64,000 nt of DNA, from contig OX597841.1 in NCBI GenBank assembly GCA_951406725.2, positions 20,584,001 to 20,648,000 on the forward strand, read 5' to 3'. Below, one piece after another: positions 37,101 to 49,757 of the stretch. Numbering within the stretch: the first letter of the stretch is position 1; each line of letters starts with the position of its first letter. This stretch comes from Octopus vulgaris (Eukaryota). The notes beneath the pieces were generated by a model, which ran no database searches, was not told the origin of the DNA, and saw nothing but the letters and a program-made list of their open reading frames with translations. Made by a program: the position numbers and the translations under genes.

Positions 37101-39270
37101 TGATAGCTATCCGAATAGACAGCTCCCTTGTAGTTAAGGCAATTAAGGGTATGAAACCAGGAAAAACCCCCGGCCCATCAGGAATCAATGCTGAGATGCT
37201 TAAAACATCTGGTGGTGTGGGCAACAGCCTAGTCACCCGCATTGTAAACCAGGTAGTTCATAATGGAGTCATACGTAGCAGCACCATAGTCAACTGCTAC
37301 AAGGGTAAAGGTGATGCTCTAGATAGAAATAACTACAGGGGTATCAAACTGCTGGATCAGGTGATGAAGGTTACAGAGAGGGTCATAGCCCATCTCATTA
37401 GGGAGAGAGTCTACTTAGATGAGATGCAGTTCGGTTTTGTGCCGGGTAGAAGCACCACTGATGCCATATTCCTGGGTCGACAACTGCAGGAGAAATACCT
37501 AGCTAAATATAAACCCCTCTACATAGCCTTCGTGGACTTGGAGAAAGCCTTTGACAGGGTCCCCCGATCCCTTATCTGGTGGTCGATGCAGAAACTGGAG
37601 ATTGACGAATGGCTAATAAGGGCTGTTCAGGCCCTATACAGAGAGGCTGTCAGCAAGGTTAGGATTGGCAATGAGTGTAGTGAAGAATTCTGGGTAGAAG
37701 TAGGTGTACACCAAGGTTCAGCCCTCAGTCCCCTTTTATTCATCATAGTCCTCCAGGCAATAACAGAGGAATTCAAAACAGGTTGCCCCTGGGAGCTCCT
37801 CTATGCTGATGACCTGGCTCTCATAGTAAAATCACTACCAGAACTAGAAAAGAAATTTCGGGTGTGGAAGCAAGGGTTAGAATCAAAGGGCCTTAGAGTA
37901 AATGTAGCAAAGACCAAAGTTATAGTAAGCAGAAAGGCGAACTCAGCACACACCCCATCGGGCAGGTGGCCCTGCTCGATCTGTAGGAAAGGTGTAGGTA
38001 GAAACTCCATAAGATGCACCCAGTGTAAGCTATGGACGCATAAGAGGTGCAGCAACATCAAAGGGAAATTAACTGATAAGATAGCTTTCATGTGCGGCAG
38101 ATGCACAGGGACAATAGACACCACAAATACTCAGAAAACAGATTCCATCACATTCCAGGGGAAGAAAGTAGAAGTAGTCGATAGTTTCCGCTACCTGGGT
38201 GACCAAGTTAGTAGTGGAGGTGGATGCCCAGAGAGTGTCACCACTAGAATACGAATAGCCTGGGCAAAGTTTAGAAAGCTCCTACCCCTACTGGCGACAA
38301 AGGGTCTCTCACTCAGAGTGAAAGGTAGATTGTATGATGCATGTGTGCGAACTGCCATGCTTTGGTCTGTGACTGCAGAGGACATGCATAGACTTGAAAG
38401 AAATGAAGCTAGCATGATCCGCTGGATGTGTAATGTCAGTGTGCACGCACGACAGAGTGTAAGCACCCTGAGAGAAATGTTGGACATAAGAAGCATCAGA
38501 TGTGGTGTGCAAGAGCGACGCTTGCGATGGTATGGTCATGTACTGCGGATGGATGAGGAGTGATGTGTGAAGAAGTGCCGCTCCCAAACAGTTGAAGGAA
38601 TCAGGGGGAGAGGTAGACCCAGGAAGACATGGGATGAGGTAGTCAAGCATGACTTCAGAGCGTTGGGCCTCACTGAGGCAATGGCGAAGGACCAAGATCT
38701 CTGGAGATATGCTGTGACTGCAAAGACCCGGGCTGCTTCCTGCACCAGTTCCGCATAGCCCCTGCCCATTCAAAGTACCTTGGATTCCAGAACATCACGC
38801 TGTGCTTGAGGAGACCTATTGAGTCAAGTACATGAACATCGAAATAAATATCAATGGAAATAGTAGTTGTGATACCTGTGCCGGTGGCACATAAAAAGCA
38901 CCATCCGAACGTGGCCGATGCCAGCGCCGCCTCGACTGGCTTCTGTGCCGGTGGCACATAAAAAGCACCATCCGAACGTGGACGTTGCCAGCGCCGCCTT
39001 GGCTGGCTTCCGTGCCGGTGGCACATTAAAAGCACCGACCGATCATGGCTGATGCCAGACTCTCCTGGCACCTGTGCCGGTGGCACGTAAAAAGCACCCA
39101 CTACACTCGCAGAGTGGTTGGCGTTAGGAAGGGCATCCAGCTGTAGAAACACTGCCAGATCAGACTGGAGCCTGGTGCAGCCCCTGGCTTCCCAGACCCC
39201 GGTCGAACCGTCCAACCCGTGCTAGCACGGAAAGCGGACGTTAAACGACGACGACGACAATGATGATGAT
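37101..39270 (+). mobile_element. 5'-truncated RTE LINE family A; 487-aa RT+PHD ORF with premature TGA at 38561 and a tandemly repeated 3' UTR
   Basis: RT motifs as in 18746..19999; the frame resumes after the stop (CVKKCRSQTVEGIRGRGRPRKTW); (GAC/GAT)n tail. Confidence 0.96.
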
Positions 39271-40560
39271 ATATATATATATTTTATATTTATATATATA
39301 TATATATAATGCAACTGTCCTCACCCCTACACATCATATGATTAAAACACTGATTCCTCTTATGCTTAACTTTTCTCTCAATACATTTGCACTTTGCCAT
39401 ACATGCACATTAATATTGCACACACTACAGGGTGTACAAGTTGCATTTTTTATTAGACTTCACATCCTCAGCATTCTAGGGCCATGTATCACTACCATGT
39501 AGCATTGCCGTACATACACATACATCATACAGTCTTATAGAATAGATAGACTGAGAAAACTTTTGTTTTTAAGTCTGGCATTTATTTTATCTATTCAAGT
39601 TAAATGTAAAATTTGTTTATGTCTTGTAACTCAGAAATCTCTGGACTTTATCAGATGTGGCTTTTATGTTAAGTCTGGCCACCCCTAATATGTGAGCCAT
39701 TGAAGGGAAATGTTTCTAGTGTACGAAATCTTATTGGAATCATACCTAAATTTCATAATCAGATATGATAGAAATAGCTGCTAAGTCTCCTTCAAATCAA
39801 ACCCACCAATTTTATGTAATGCATGAACCAACAAAGACTTAGTAGAAATAGCAGTTAAATCTCCTGTAAATTACACCTGACTACCTGACTGTCTGCTTAA
39901 GAAGCTTGCTTCTCATGAACGTGGTTTCAGGTTCAGTCCCACTGCATTTCTGCCATAGTCTTGGGTTGACCAAAACCTCGTGAGTCAATTTGGTAGACAG
40001 AAACTGGAAGAAGTCTGTTGCTTTAACTTTTTACATTGTAAGTTCAAAACCTGTCATGGTCAACTTTACCTTTCATCCTTCCAGGACTGATAAAATAAAA
40101 TACTTCTAAATTTCTCAACAAATGATTATCATCATTATCTTGCCATCATCATCAGCTGTCAACAAGACAACCTCCACAAAGATCCAAAAAGGATGCGAGA
40201 AATAGTTATTTCCTACAAATCACACACTGCACCTTCTTTCAAACGATTAAAAAAAAGTGCTGAGGTCATCATAAAATTCCTCCAGCTGTTACTGCTTGCA
40301 TCTTGCCACGGTATTAGAGAGATCGTTATTTTCTCAGTTGCAAAACAATTAACAGTCAATTACAGGACCTGCCTGAAATATGTAGGTCGCTCCTTCCTTA
40401 GCACTTCAACACAAAAACTCATGACCCTTACAGAACAAGACATGACATAGATAATGTAGTCCTAGTTAAACTAAGTCACAATAAAAGATGAGATAGTTAT
40501 GGCTAGAACGTCTGACCAGGCCTAACCTTGGGTGGTTAAATAACAATGCTAACATCATAC

Positions 40561-40675
40561 CTTGCAACTCTCCTCAAGTTCCTTAGGCTTATTTTTCCAG
40601 TCTCATCATCATCAAACAGTTTGAACGCCTTTAGAAGTTCCGTCTGAGGATCTCTCTGGAGCATTAAATCAGTCA
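40561..40675 (-). CDS. CETN3: Centrin-3 exon: (M)[37 protein letters not shown](R), 115 nt
   Basis: aatgtttcag acceptor, gtatga donor; EF-hand 3; resembles CETN3 [24 protein letters not shown]. Confidence 0.97.
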
Positions 40676-40689
40676 CTGAAACATTAAAA

Positions 40690-41561
40690 TTAATAATAAC
40701 AATAATAATCCTTTCCAATATAGGTACAAGTACTTACGTTCTAATTTTGGGGAAGGGGACTAGTTGATTACATCGACCCCAGTACTTAATTTATTGACCC
40801 TGAAAAGATGAAGGTAAAGTCAACCTCAGCGGAATTTGAACTCAGAACATAGTGGCAGACAAAATACCACTAAGCAATGGCTTCTGATTTAGGCTCAGGG
40901 CAAACAAATTTGCAAGGAGGAGATTATTTAATACCAATGACCCCAGTACTTGACTGCTGGTTTATTTTATCGATCCTGAAAGAATAAAAAGGCAAGTTGA
41001 TGTTGGCAGGATTTGAACTGGTAATGTGAAGAGCTTCATAATATACCACAAAGCAATTTTCTGACTTTCTAATAATAATAATAATAATCATTATTATTAT
41101 TATTATTGTTGTTGTTGTTATGTAAGGCAGAATAGTTAGTGCACCAGGCCAAATGTTTAGCAGCATTTTGTCCATCCTTATGTTCTCAGTTCAAATACCA
41201 CCAAGGTCAACTTTCATCCTTTAGGGGTCAATGAAATAAGTACCTGTTATGCACTGGGGTTGATGTAATTGTCTAGCCCCACCCCCAAAATTGCAGACCT
41301 TGTGTCTATAGTTGAAAAATTATTATTATTATTACTGTTATCTAGGGTGGCAAGCTGACAGAATCGTTAGCATACTGGGCAAAATGTGTAGTGGCATCTT
41401 GTACTTACGTTCTAAGTTCAAATGCCACTGAGGTTAGCTTTACCTTTCATCCTTTCGAGGTTGATAAAATAAGTACCAGTTGTGTACTGGGATAATTGAC
41501 TCAACCTCTCCCCCAAAATTTCAGGCCTTGTACTTATAGTAGAAAGGACTACTACTACCAC

Positions 41562-41614
<53 letters not shown>

Positions 41615-42110
41615 AAGCAGTGAGTTGCAAAATTGTTAGCACTCTGGGTAAAATGCTGAGCAGCATTTCAGCCATCTTTATGTACTGAATTTCGCTGGTC
41701 AACTTTGCCTTTCAAGGTCAACGAATAAAGTACTAATTGAGCTCTGGGGTCAATTATTAGGAAGCGTTATTATTATAAATGGTAGTTTGGTAAAATCCTT
41801 AGAATGCAGGAAAAAGTACTTTGTAGTATTTCTTAAGACTCTTTAGTTTCCCAGTTCAAATCCTGCTGAAGTCAACTTTGCCTTCATCCCTTCTGAGGTT
41901 GATAAAGTACCAGTGAAGTACAGGAGTTGATGTAAACAATTATTTCTTCCTCTCAAAATTGCTGGCCTTATTCCTAATTCAGAAACAGTTATTAAGTATG
42001 GCAGAATTGTTAGAGCATCAGGAGAAGTGCCTTACAGTATTTGCTCCAGCCCTTTATCCCCTTCCTTTAAAACTGCTGGCCTTGCACCTAAATTTGAAAC
42101 AACTATTGTT
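40690..42110. mobile_element. Cluster of about 7-8 copies of SINE family 3 separated by (ATT)n tracts, filling the intron
   Basis: Recurrent ggcagaatNgttagc...aaatgct...ttctgagttcaaat...gaggtcaactttgcctttcatcctttNgaggttgataaaataagtacc; first two copies minus, rest plus; the core recalls the MetaSINE domain (tentative). Confidence 0.8.
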
Positions 42111-42162
42111 ATTTCTAAAACAATGACAAGACAATCAATCGTTTAAATAGCCTCATACTTAC

Positions 42163-42277
42163 TGACTTCATTGAAATCATCAAATGTGATTTTGCCTGTC
42201 TCCTCAATATCATAATCATAAAGTATTTTTAGCACATTGTCTTTTTTCACTTCAAAACCCAAAGCCCTCATGCACAC
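42163..42277 (-). CDS. CETN3: Centrin-3 exon: VCMRALGFEVKKDNVLKILYDYDIEETGKITFDDFNEV(M), 115 nt
   Basis: aatttacag acceptor, gtaagt donor; MRALGF centrin signature; phases 0 and 1. Confidence 0.97.
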
Positions 42278-42406
42278 CTGTAAATTAATAAAAGAGAGAT
42301 AATTAGAAATGCTTACAGCCAAGCAAATAAGACCTTCATCTTTGTCTTCCCTTTTCATTTACTGCTTACTACCAGACCACCAATTCCTTAATCTCTTTCT
42401 CAACTC

Positions 42407-42976
42407 CAGTGGGTCTCAAACTGGGGTATGCCCACTCCTTGGAGTATACAAGAAAAACTGTGAGGGTACACAAAGTTTGGAATTTCAGAGTAATCACAAC
42501 CAACTAAACACAATTTGTATCCCTAGAAATGTATGGACAGCTGATCTCGTTCACTTGTTCACTTACTGTTGTGAACAAGGTTTCCAGCAGCATCTATAAC
42601 CAAAAACAAATTTCATATTAAGTTATCAAATGTGAATGGTATTCAGCTATGCTTCTCTGAAACTGCTTACAATTAAGTTATTTATGAGAAAGAGTAAAGC
42701 TCATCTATCTCACTAAAAATGTAATATTTCTTACATAGGTACAAAGTTAGAAATGCTGAGAGAGAAGGAACTTGTTTATATCAACCCCAGTACTTGATTG
42801 GTATATTATGAATCCAAGAAGGGTAAATGAGGATGACAGCAGGATTTAAACGAAATTAATAATAAATAATGCAGGTTCTACGGTAACTATTTTACACCAT
42901 ATTTTCCACATGGCAATGCCAACACTTCCAGACATGAAGAAGGGACAGACCAGACGAAAATGTTTGAGAACCCCTG
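42407..42976 (+). mobile_element. hAT/Charlie-derived non-autonomous element
   Basis: TIRs cagtgggtctcaaac and gtttgagaacccctg; residual TYCCEQGF dimerisation-domain motif. Confidence 0.7.
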
Positions 42977-43859
42977 CTCTACATATTGCTGAAAACCAAC
43001 AGCTTCAAATGTGAGACTTTCCACTGGTCACATTCTATGAACTTTTCTTTGTATTAATTGTTGCAACACAAACCCTTACAAGTTTCCACAAATTCTGAAC
43101 TTCACTCTAATTAGAACTATAGTTTAGTTTTTCAGGTGGGATATTTTGTTGAAATTAGAGGGGCTTGGGTAAAGCTTCATAAATTTTTATAAATGCACTA
43201 GAAATTACTGGCACAAATCACAAAATAAAACATCTCATCGAGGAATTGAAACTTGGTTCCAAACTCTTTGTTATCTTGTGAATTAGAAACCTTTTATTGT
43301 TTAGCCTGAGGCCTAACTGAGCAGAGCTGTGACCAAAAGTGTTTTAAATATCACCTTTCCATCTTAAAAAAAGGAAGATCAAATTGGCTAAAGTAATTCT
43401 TGATGTATAAAGAAGTTAATGGATTGAATGACTTTATAGGTAGGTTCAAGCTGAGGCAACTTATTTAAGATGAAGTTGATTTAGCATTGAGAGTTAAGTA
43501 TTTTGGCCACAAACACAATACAAATTAAGCTCAGGATATACAAATGAACTCTCAGCTGTTTGTTTGGTATTCCATTCACCCAGTCATATTATTTCATTTA
43601 CACCTATCATTACAAGTTAACAGTCAGAATCAATTGTTTTATTTTGGCTAAAACATACAACTTTAGTGTGTGAAGAACAAAGAATATATGTTTGCAAATA
43701 CCTACCATTCAGCTTTCAACAAAGATCTGCCAACATCTGCACTGACAAATGTAATATATTTAGTGCAGAACTTTTCTTTATCCCCCGACTCTACTCGTCT
43801 CAAAGATTATTTGCACTATTATGTAGATTTTTGTTTCTCTTTATATAAATATTTCCACT

Positions 43860-44418
43860 CAACACCTGGTGAATCTATTTTCTTCTCTAATTTCACTCCT
43901 TCTTTGAGTCTTTCTCATCTTTGTCTTTGATACTCTTGATTTCTGACTTGCTCTCTCTTCTTCACTCATTTCATTTCTTTCTTGGCATTTTTTCGCTGAG
44001 GCATTTAAAATTTTCCTGGCATCATTATTTTTATAATTATTATTGTTTCAGTTATTAGTTGCTCTATTTAAGTTTTGGTCAGTTCTTACTTGAGTTATAA
44101 TTTCTTGTTCCTCCATAGGCTGAGAATTTCTTGCTACAACATACGAAACTCTAATTTCTTCTTTTATTTCTAGTGTCAAATTTTCTCTCAACACTTGGTG
44201 AACCAATCTGTTTTCTTCTCTAATTTCCTTGTGTTTTTGAATTGAGAGTCTTTCCCGTGTTCGTCTTTGATATTCTTCATTTCTTGCTCTCTCTTTTTCA
44301 CTCATTTCATTTCTTTTTTGGCATTTTCTTGCTGAGACATTTAAAATTTTTCTTGTGTCATTATTCATTACGCTTATTGTTGTTTAAATTATTAGCTGCA
44401 TTATTTAAGTTTTGGTCA
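43860..44418 (-). repeat. Diverged tandem duplication (~335-bp period) of a charged R/E/K-rich coding-like unit
   Basis: 43860-44081 aligns with 44190-44418; both encode NND(T/A)RKILN(V/A)SA(R/K)KCQxRNEMSExERA. Confidence 0.7.
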
Positions 44419-44528
44419 TAAATGATGAAAGGATTATCATTACTATGAGCTGTATTAATAACGTAATTTTCTGAAATGATACCATTGTTAAATGAATTTG
44501 TATAGTTTGCTTCCATGGCAACCATTAT

Positions 44529-44826
44529 TTATTTATGCACCCTTTTCAAGCCTAGCCAGTTTCCCAGTTTGTATGGCATATGTGTTCCCCCCAGCTGGAC
44601 AGGACGCCAGTCCATCACAGCGTTACTCAAGAAACAGGAAGAAAGAGTGAGAGAAAGTTGGGGCGAAAGAGTACAACAGGGGTCGCCACCACCCCCTGCC
44701 AGAGCCTCATGGAGCTTTAGGTGTTTTCGCTCAATAAACACACACAGCGCCCGGTCTGGGAAGCGAAACCACGATCCTCCAACCACGAGTCCGCTGCCCT
44801 AACCACTGGGCCATTGCGCCTCCACC
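44529..44826 (-). mobile_element. tRNA-derived SINE (family 2 variant) with 12-bp TSD
   Basis: Head tggaggcgcaatggcccagtggttagggcagcggactcg...gtggtttcgcttcc; flanked by ggcaaccattat and ggcaatcattat. Confidence 0.88.
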
Positions 44827-45599
44827 GGCAATCATTATATATACCATTTATTTTCATTATTGATAACATGATTTTCTGAAGTGACACAGTTGTTAAATGA
44901 ATCTGATGTCTGCTCACAGGAAAGATTTGGCTGCTATTTCCAGCACATCCAGCTTAATCTTCAGATGGATACTTCGTGAAGAGAATGGTAACTGACAATG
45001 TGACCACTGGAGGATCTAACAAAGAATTTAGTGATGTACTTTGTTTTAATGTTGACTTTAGATGTCTTATTTGAGAAGAGATCAGAGATTAATAGTTATC
45101 AAGCAAAAGTGAGAGCATTCTAAAACAGCTCACAATTCATAAGATAATACTTCAGTTATTTCCGGCTAATCCCACTTCCAAACGATGTTTGGCAAATACA
45201 TGAGTGTGTGTGTGTGTGTGTGTGTGTGTTATGGATGAGCTTGTTTCCTCTCGTTCTCTGTCTGAAACATCCCCCTTCATTGGTGGTACCCTCCATCATA
45301 CTTGCAATCCCCTCTCCATGGACAAATGCAACCAGTTTAGCAGACACCCTACTTAATCTAACATTGGAATATCCATATTTGCAACAAGGCTTAAATTTAC
45401 GTTTTTACGATGACCATAATGCTTATACTTACAACGCCGCTAACACCTATTCCTACAGCCAGTAGGGGCAACAATCTTAACATGCTTGAATATTTGAATA
45501 ATGTCAGGTCAGAAGTGAGAACAGGTGAAGTATGCCAAAAAACGAACACGACAACCTCCCTCTTATTTTCAGGTGCTGAATAACATCTCTCCTCCCCAA

Positions 45600-48415
45600 G
45601 CCTCACCCCACATTCCTTTCCCAGTTTTCCAAGATCTAGTGAGATTGTAGAGATGCTTGAAAGGAGACGTATCGATGTATGCTGCATACAAGAGGTAAGA
45701 TGGAGAGGAGCTTCAGCTAGGTTCCTCATAAGCAAGGCACACAGGTACAAAATCTTCTGGCAAGGTAACATGGATGGAGTAGGGAGTGTAGGCATACACC
45801 TTGTGGAGAAATGGGTGGATAAGGTCATAGAGGTTGTCAGGGTGTGTGATAGAGTGCCTAAGCTCAGGATAGTCCTGCAAAACAGTACAGCTACAATTAT
45901 CTCTGCCTACACCCTACAAGCAGGCCTACCAAATGATCAGAAGGACCATTTTTATGATACCCTTCTACAGGCTACCTCAAAGATTAGTGGCAATGATCTC
46001 ATCTTTGCAGCTGGAGATTTTAATGGGCATGTTGGGTGGCAATCCGGTATCTTCACTGGTGTACACGGGGGCCATAGTATTGGTTCCCAAAACGAGGCAG
46101 GAACTAGGCTACTGGAGTTCTGTGATGCATGTAACCTTTTAATCTGCAACACTAACTTCAGGAAGCCAGACAGCAACCTGATAACCTATCAATCAGGTGA
46201 CTCTGCAAACCAGATTGATTTCCTCCTCACCAGACAGCGGGATGCAGGGTTGCTCTTAAATACAAAAACCCTTCAAGGTGAAGAATGTACCACCCAGCAT
46301 AGACTAGTCATTGGTGACTTTAGACTCGAGACCAGAAGGATGCCAAGAAGCAGATCAATCCAGAAAAGAAGGATTTGGAAGCTAAAGAACCCTTCACATG
46401 GTCAGAGATTTAGAGACATCCGCATCAAGAAATTTGATGAAAGGGAGGAGGAGCTACAGACCTCGGACATAGAAGGTAGCTGGAAATTCCTACAGGACAG
46501 CTTATTGAGTACCAGAGACTAAGTCTGTGGATGGTGCCAAGTCCCTTCCAGATCTAGAGTAACGTGATGGTGGAATAATATGGTAGACAAAGCCATTAGA
46601 GCATAGAAACAGAAGTTTACCAATGTCCAGCGACGTGAGGACCAAAGAACAGAACTATTTCGGATTGCAAGACAATGTGTGAGAGAAAATTGTAATGTTA
46701 CAGGAGAGAAATGTGCAAAGCAGTGTATCAGAGAGAATAGAGATGTGGTGGGTGAGAAATGTGTGCAAACAGATAATGGTATGCTCAAACTAGGTGACTC
46801 GGAGAAGAAAGATGCATGGAGCTGACATTGTGAAAGGTTGTTACATGTGGAGAATGATTGGGCAAAAGAGAGTCTTTCAAATATTGAACCAAGTGGAGGA
46901 CCAGCCATCAGAGTGGATAGCAGTATAATAGATGAGGCAATTAAGAAAATGAAGACTGGTAAAACCTCTGGACCATCAGGTATCACTGCCAAGATGAATA
47001 AAATATCAGGTAGTGTGGGATACAGCCCAGTCACTAGCATAGTTAATCAGGTTATTCAGGAAGGCATCATCCCCAAAGACTGCTATAGCAGTATTATAGT
47101 CAGCTGCTAAGGGATAGAATTAAAATAGATGAGATTTTGTTCCTGGGAGAAGTATCACAGATGCGATCTTCATAGTGAGACAGTTGCAAAAAAATGTATT
47201 TAGTCAAAAGTAAGCCTTTGTACTTAACCTTCATTGACCTGGAGAAAGCTTTCAACAGGATTCCCTGCTCCCTTATTTGGAGGTCTCTAAGGAAATTAGG
47301 AGTAGAGGAATGGCTTGTTAAAGCAGTTCAGGCCATGTACAGCGATGCTGTCAGTAAGATGAGAGTTGGCCTTGAATATAGTAATGAATTTAACATAAAA
47401 GTTGGAGTACACCAGGGATCAGTTCTCAGTCCACTTTTATTCATCACAGTTCTCCAGGCCATAACAGATGAATTCAAAACTGGAGCCCATGGGAACTACT
47501 ATATGCTGATGATCTTGCTCTTATTGCAGAATCTGAAGTAGAATAGGAGAAGCTCCGAGCTTGGAAGCAAAATCTGGAATTTAATGACCTTAAAGTTAAC
47601 TTAGCTAAAACTAAAGTTGTTGTTAGCGAAAAAGGAGAAAAGACTCATTCCAACTGGCAAATGGCCCTGTTCAATATGTAGGAGAGAAGTGAGATGTAAT
47701 TCCATTTACTGCACCAAGTATAAACTATGGCTGCATAAGAGATGCAATGGAATTGTGGGAAGGTTATCAGATAAGGTCACTTTTGTGTGAGGCCGATGCA
47801 CAGGAACAGTAAATACTAAGAGCACAGGGGGATTTAAACTCTCTTTGATTTCCCGGAGGCTCTCTTGAGGTAGTCGATAGTTTCTGCTGTTTAGGTGACC
47901 AAAGTGGTAATGGTGGATGCTCTGAATGTATTGTTTCTGGAATAAGAATAGGGTGGAGGAAGTTCAAAGAACTACTACCTCTGTTGGCAGCAAAAGGACT
48001 CTCTTTCAGAGTGAAAAGTAAGTTGTATGATGATTGTGTGAGAACAGTTTATGTTACATGGAGGTGAGACATGGGTTCTGACTGCGGAGGATATGCGTAG
48101 GCTGGAGAGGAATGAAGGTAGCATGCTCCATTGGATTTGCAACATCAGTGTGCATGACCGACAAAGCATAAGAGGGATTAAAAGTGGTATGCAGGAGAGG
48201 AGACTGCGTTGGTTTGGACATGTGATGCATATGAGTAAAGATAGCTGTATACAGAAGTGCTTGTTGCTGAAAGTGGATAGTAACTGTGGATGAGGGAGAC
48301 CCAGGAAGACATGAGATAAAGTGGTGAGGATTGATCTTAGGATGTTGGGGCTCATGGAGGAAATGACAATGGACTGAGATGTTTGGCAATATGAAGTCTT
48401 TATATAAGACCCATG
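45600..48415 (+). mobile_element. Older, longer RTE family A copy with APE endonuclease (ORF 45653..46522) and decayed RT/PHD
   Basis: IDVCCIQEVRW, GDFNGHVG, NTNFRKP, NQIDFLL, TTQHRLV endonuclease motifs; IDLEKAF, GVHQGSVLSPLLF; many stops. Confidence 0.92.
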
Positions 48416-49089
48416 CATGGAAGTGAGTGCTAGAAGAGTTGTACCCCCACTCTCATGTTACAACACATTTTTCACCCACTCTACCCTAAGAAATCAAACT
48501 ACAACCCCTCTTCTAACTGCATCTTTCTCTTCCTCACATTTCCTCTTCATAAATTACGATTGTTTTCCAATCCTCTTCCTTGCCCTCACTGCCCCACTCA
48601 CTGTATTGCTGCTCCCCCCACCCCCACTCTCCATTTTTCTAACCACGTTCTATGCTCATATTCTTGTTACTTGTGAGTGTACCCTAGCACTACACCATCT
48701 CTCTTCTACTCTCTCTAACACTTTTGCTGTTTCCTACACTCTCTCTCCTCTTGTTTTTCATCTGACTAGGTAATCAAATATCTCCTTTACATTGGTACAC
48801 TTGTTTCTGGCCTCTTTCTTGTACCTCTCTCTCTCTTTCTCCCTCTCTCACTGGGTAACCATGTACCTCCTCTGTAGCAAAACACCTATTTCTGCCTCTC
48901 TATTTCTCTGTCACACTCTAACCTTTCATCATCTCAAACTGGATCACCTCCTCTAATGCCCCCTCTCTTGTGGCAAGACACCTGCTTCTCTCTCTCTGTC
49001 ACAATCTAACCATTCATCCTCTGATACAAGTTCCCCTCCTCAAATACCCTGACCCTCTCATAATTCCTCGTTTTGTGGGTTACTTGGTT

Positions 49090-49336
49090 ACCCTGCCATT
49101 GCTGGTGCCACATTAAAAGCATCCAGTTCATATTGTAACATGGTTGGCATTTGGAAGGGCATCCAGCCATAAAATCCCTGCCAAAACAGACACAGTAGCC
49201 TAGGGTATCTGGTCATTCTACCAGGCCAGCTCCTGTCATCTGCCCTACCCATGCATGCATGGAAAATGGACGTTGGGTTTGTCCAACCCATGCTAGCATG
49301 GAAATCGGATGTTAAACAATGATGATGATGATGATG
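49090..49336 (+). mobile_element. RTE family A 3' UTR fragment
   Basis: tggaagggcatccagcc...ccaacccatgctagcatggaaa...(gat)n. Confidence 0.8.
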
Positions 49337-49621
49337 AATTATATACACACACACACATGCTTGTATATATATATGTGTTTTCATGTCAGTATGTCTGTCT
49401 ATGCATAAAACAGTGCCTGTATTCATGTCCCATAACTTAGCAGGATGATGAAAAAAAATCACAAAAACAAACACCAAACTTCAAAAAAATAGTGAGCAGT
49501 GTAACTGATAAAATTGATCCTTCAAGGCAGTGCCCCAATATGGCCACAATCCAGTGACTGAAACAACTGGAAGAATAAAAAAGTATAAAAAAAAACAAGG
49601 TTTGAATGGTGTCGTTCATAC

Positions 49622-49757
49622 CTTAAGTTCATAGTAGTCAATAGCGCCATCTTTATCTGTGTCAAAGAGGTCAAAAGCTTCCCTGATTTCCTGCTTTTGC
49701 TCGTCAGCCAACTCCCTCTTCTTCTTCTTCTTGTTTTTGTCCAATGCAAAATCTGTC
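49622..49757 (-). CDS. CETN3: Centrin-3 exon: (x)[45 protein letters not shown], 136 nt
   Basis: tttttgcacatag acceptor (phase 2), AAG|gtatga donor; EF-hand 1 [12 protein letters not shown]; CETN3-type basic N-terminus. Confidence 0.96.

Noticed and set aside
37100-38563. 487-aa RT ORF as an active or domesticated gene
   Set aside because: 5'-truncated with no endonuclease, two in-frame deletions and a premature stop
44750-44826. tRNA-like sequences (also 20909-20975 and 54515-54587)
   Set aside because: SINE heads attached to repeat bodies, without an intact cloverleaf; not called as tRNA genes
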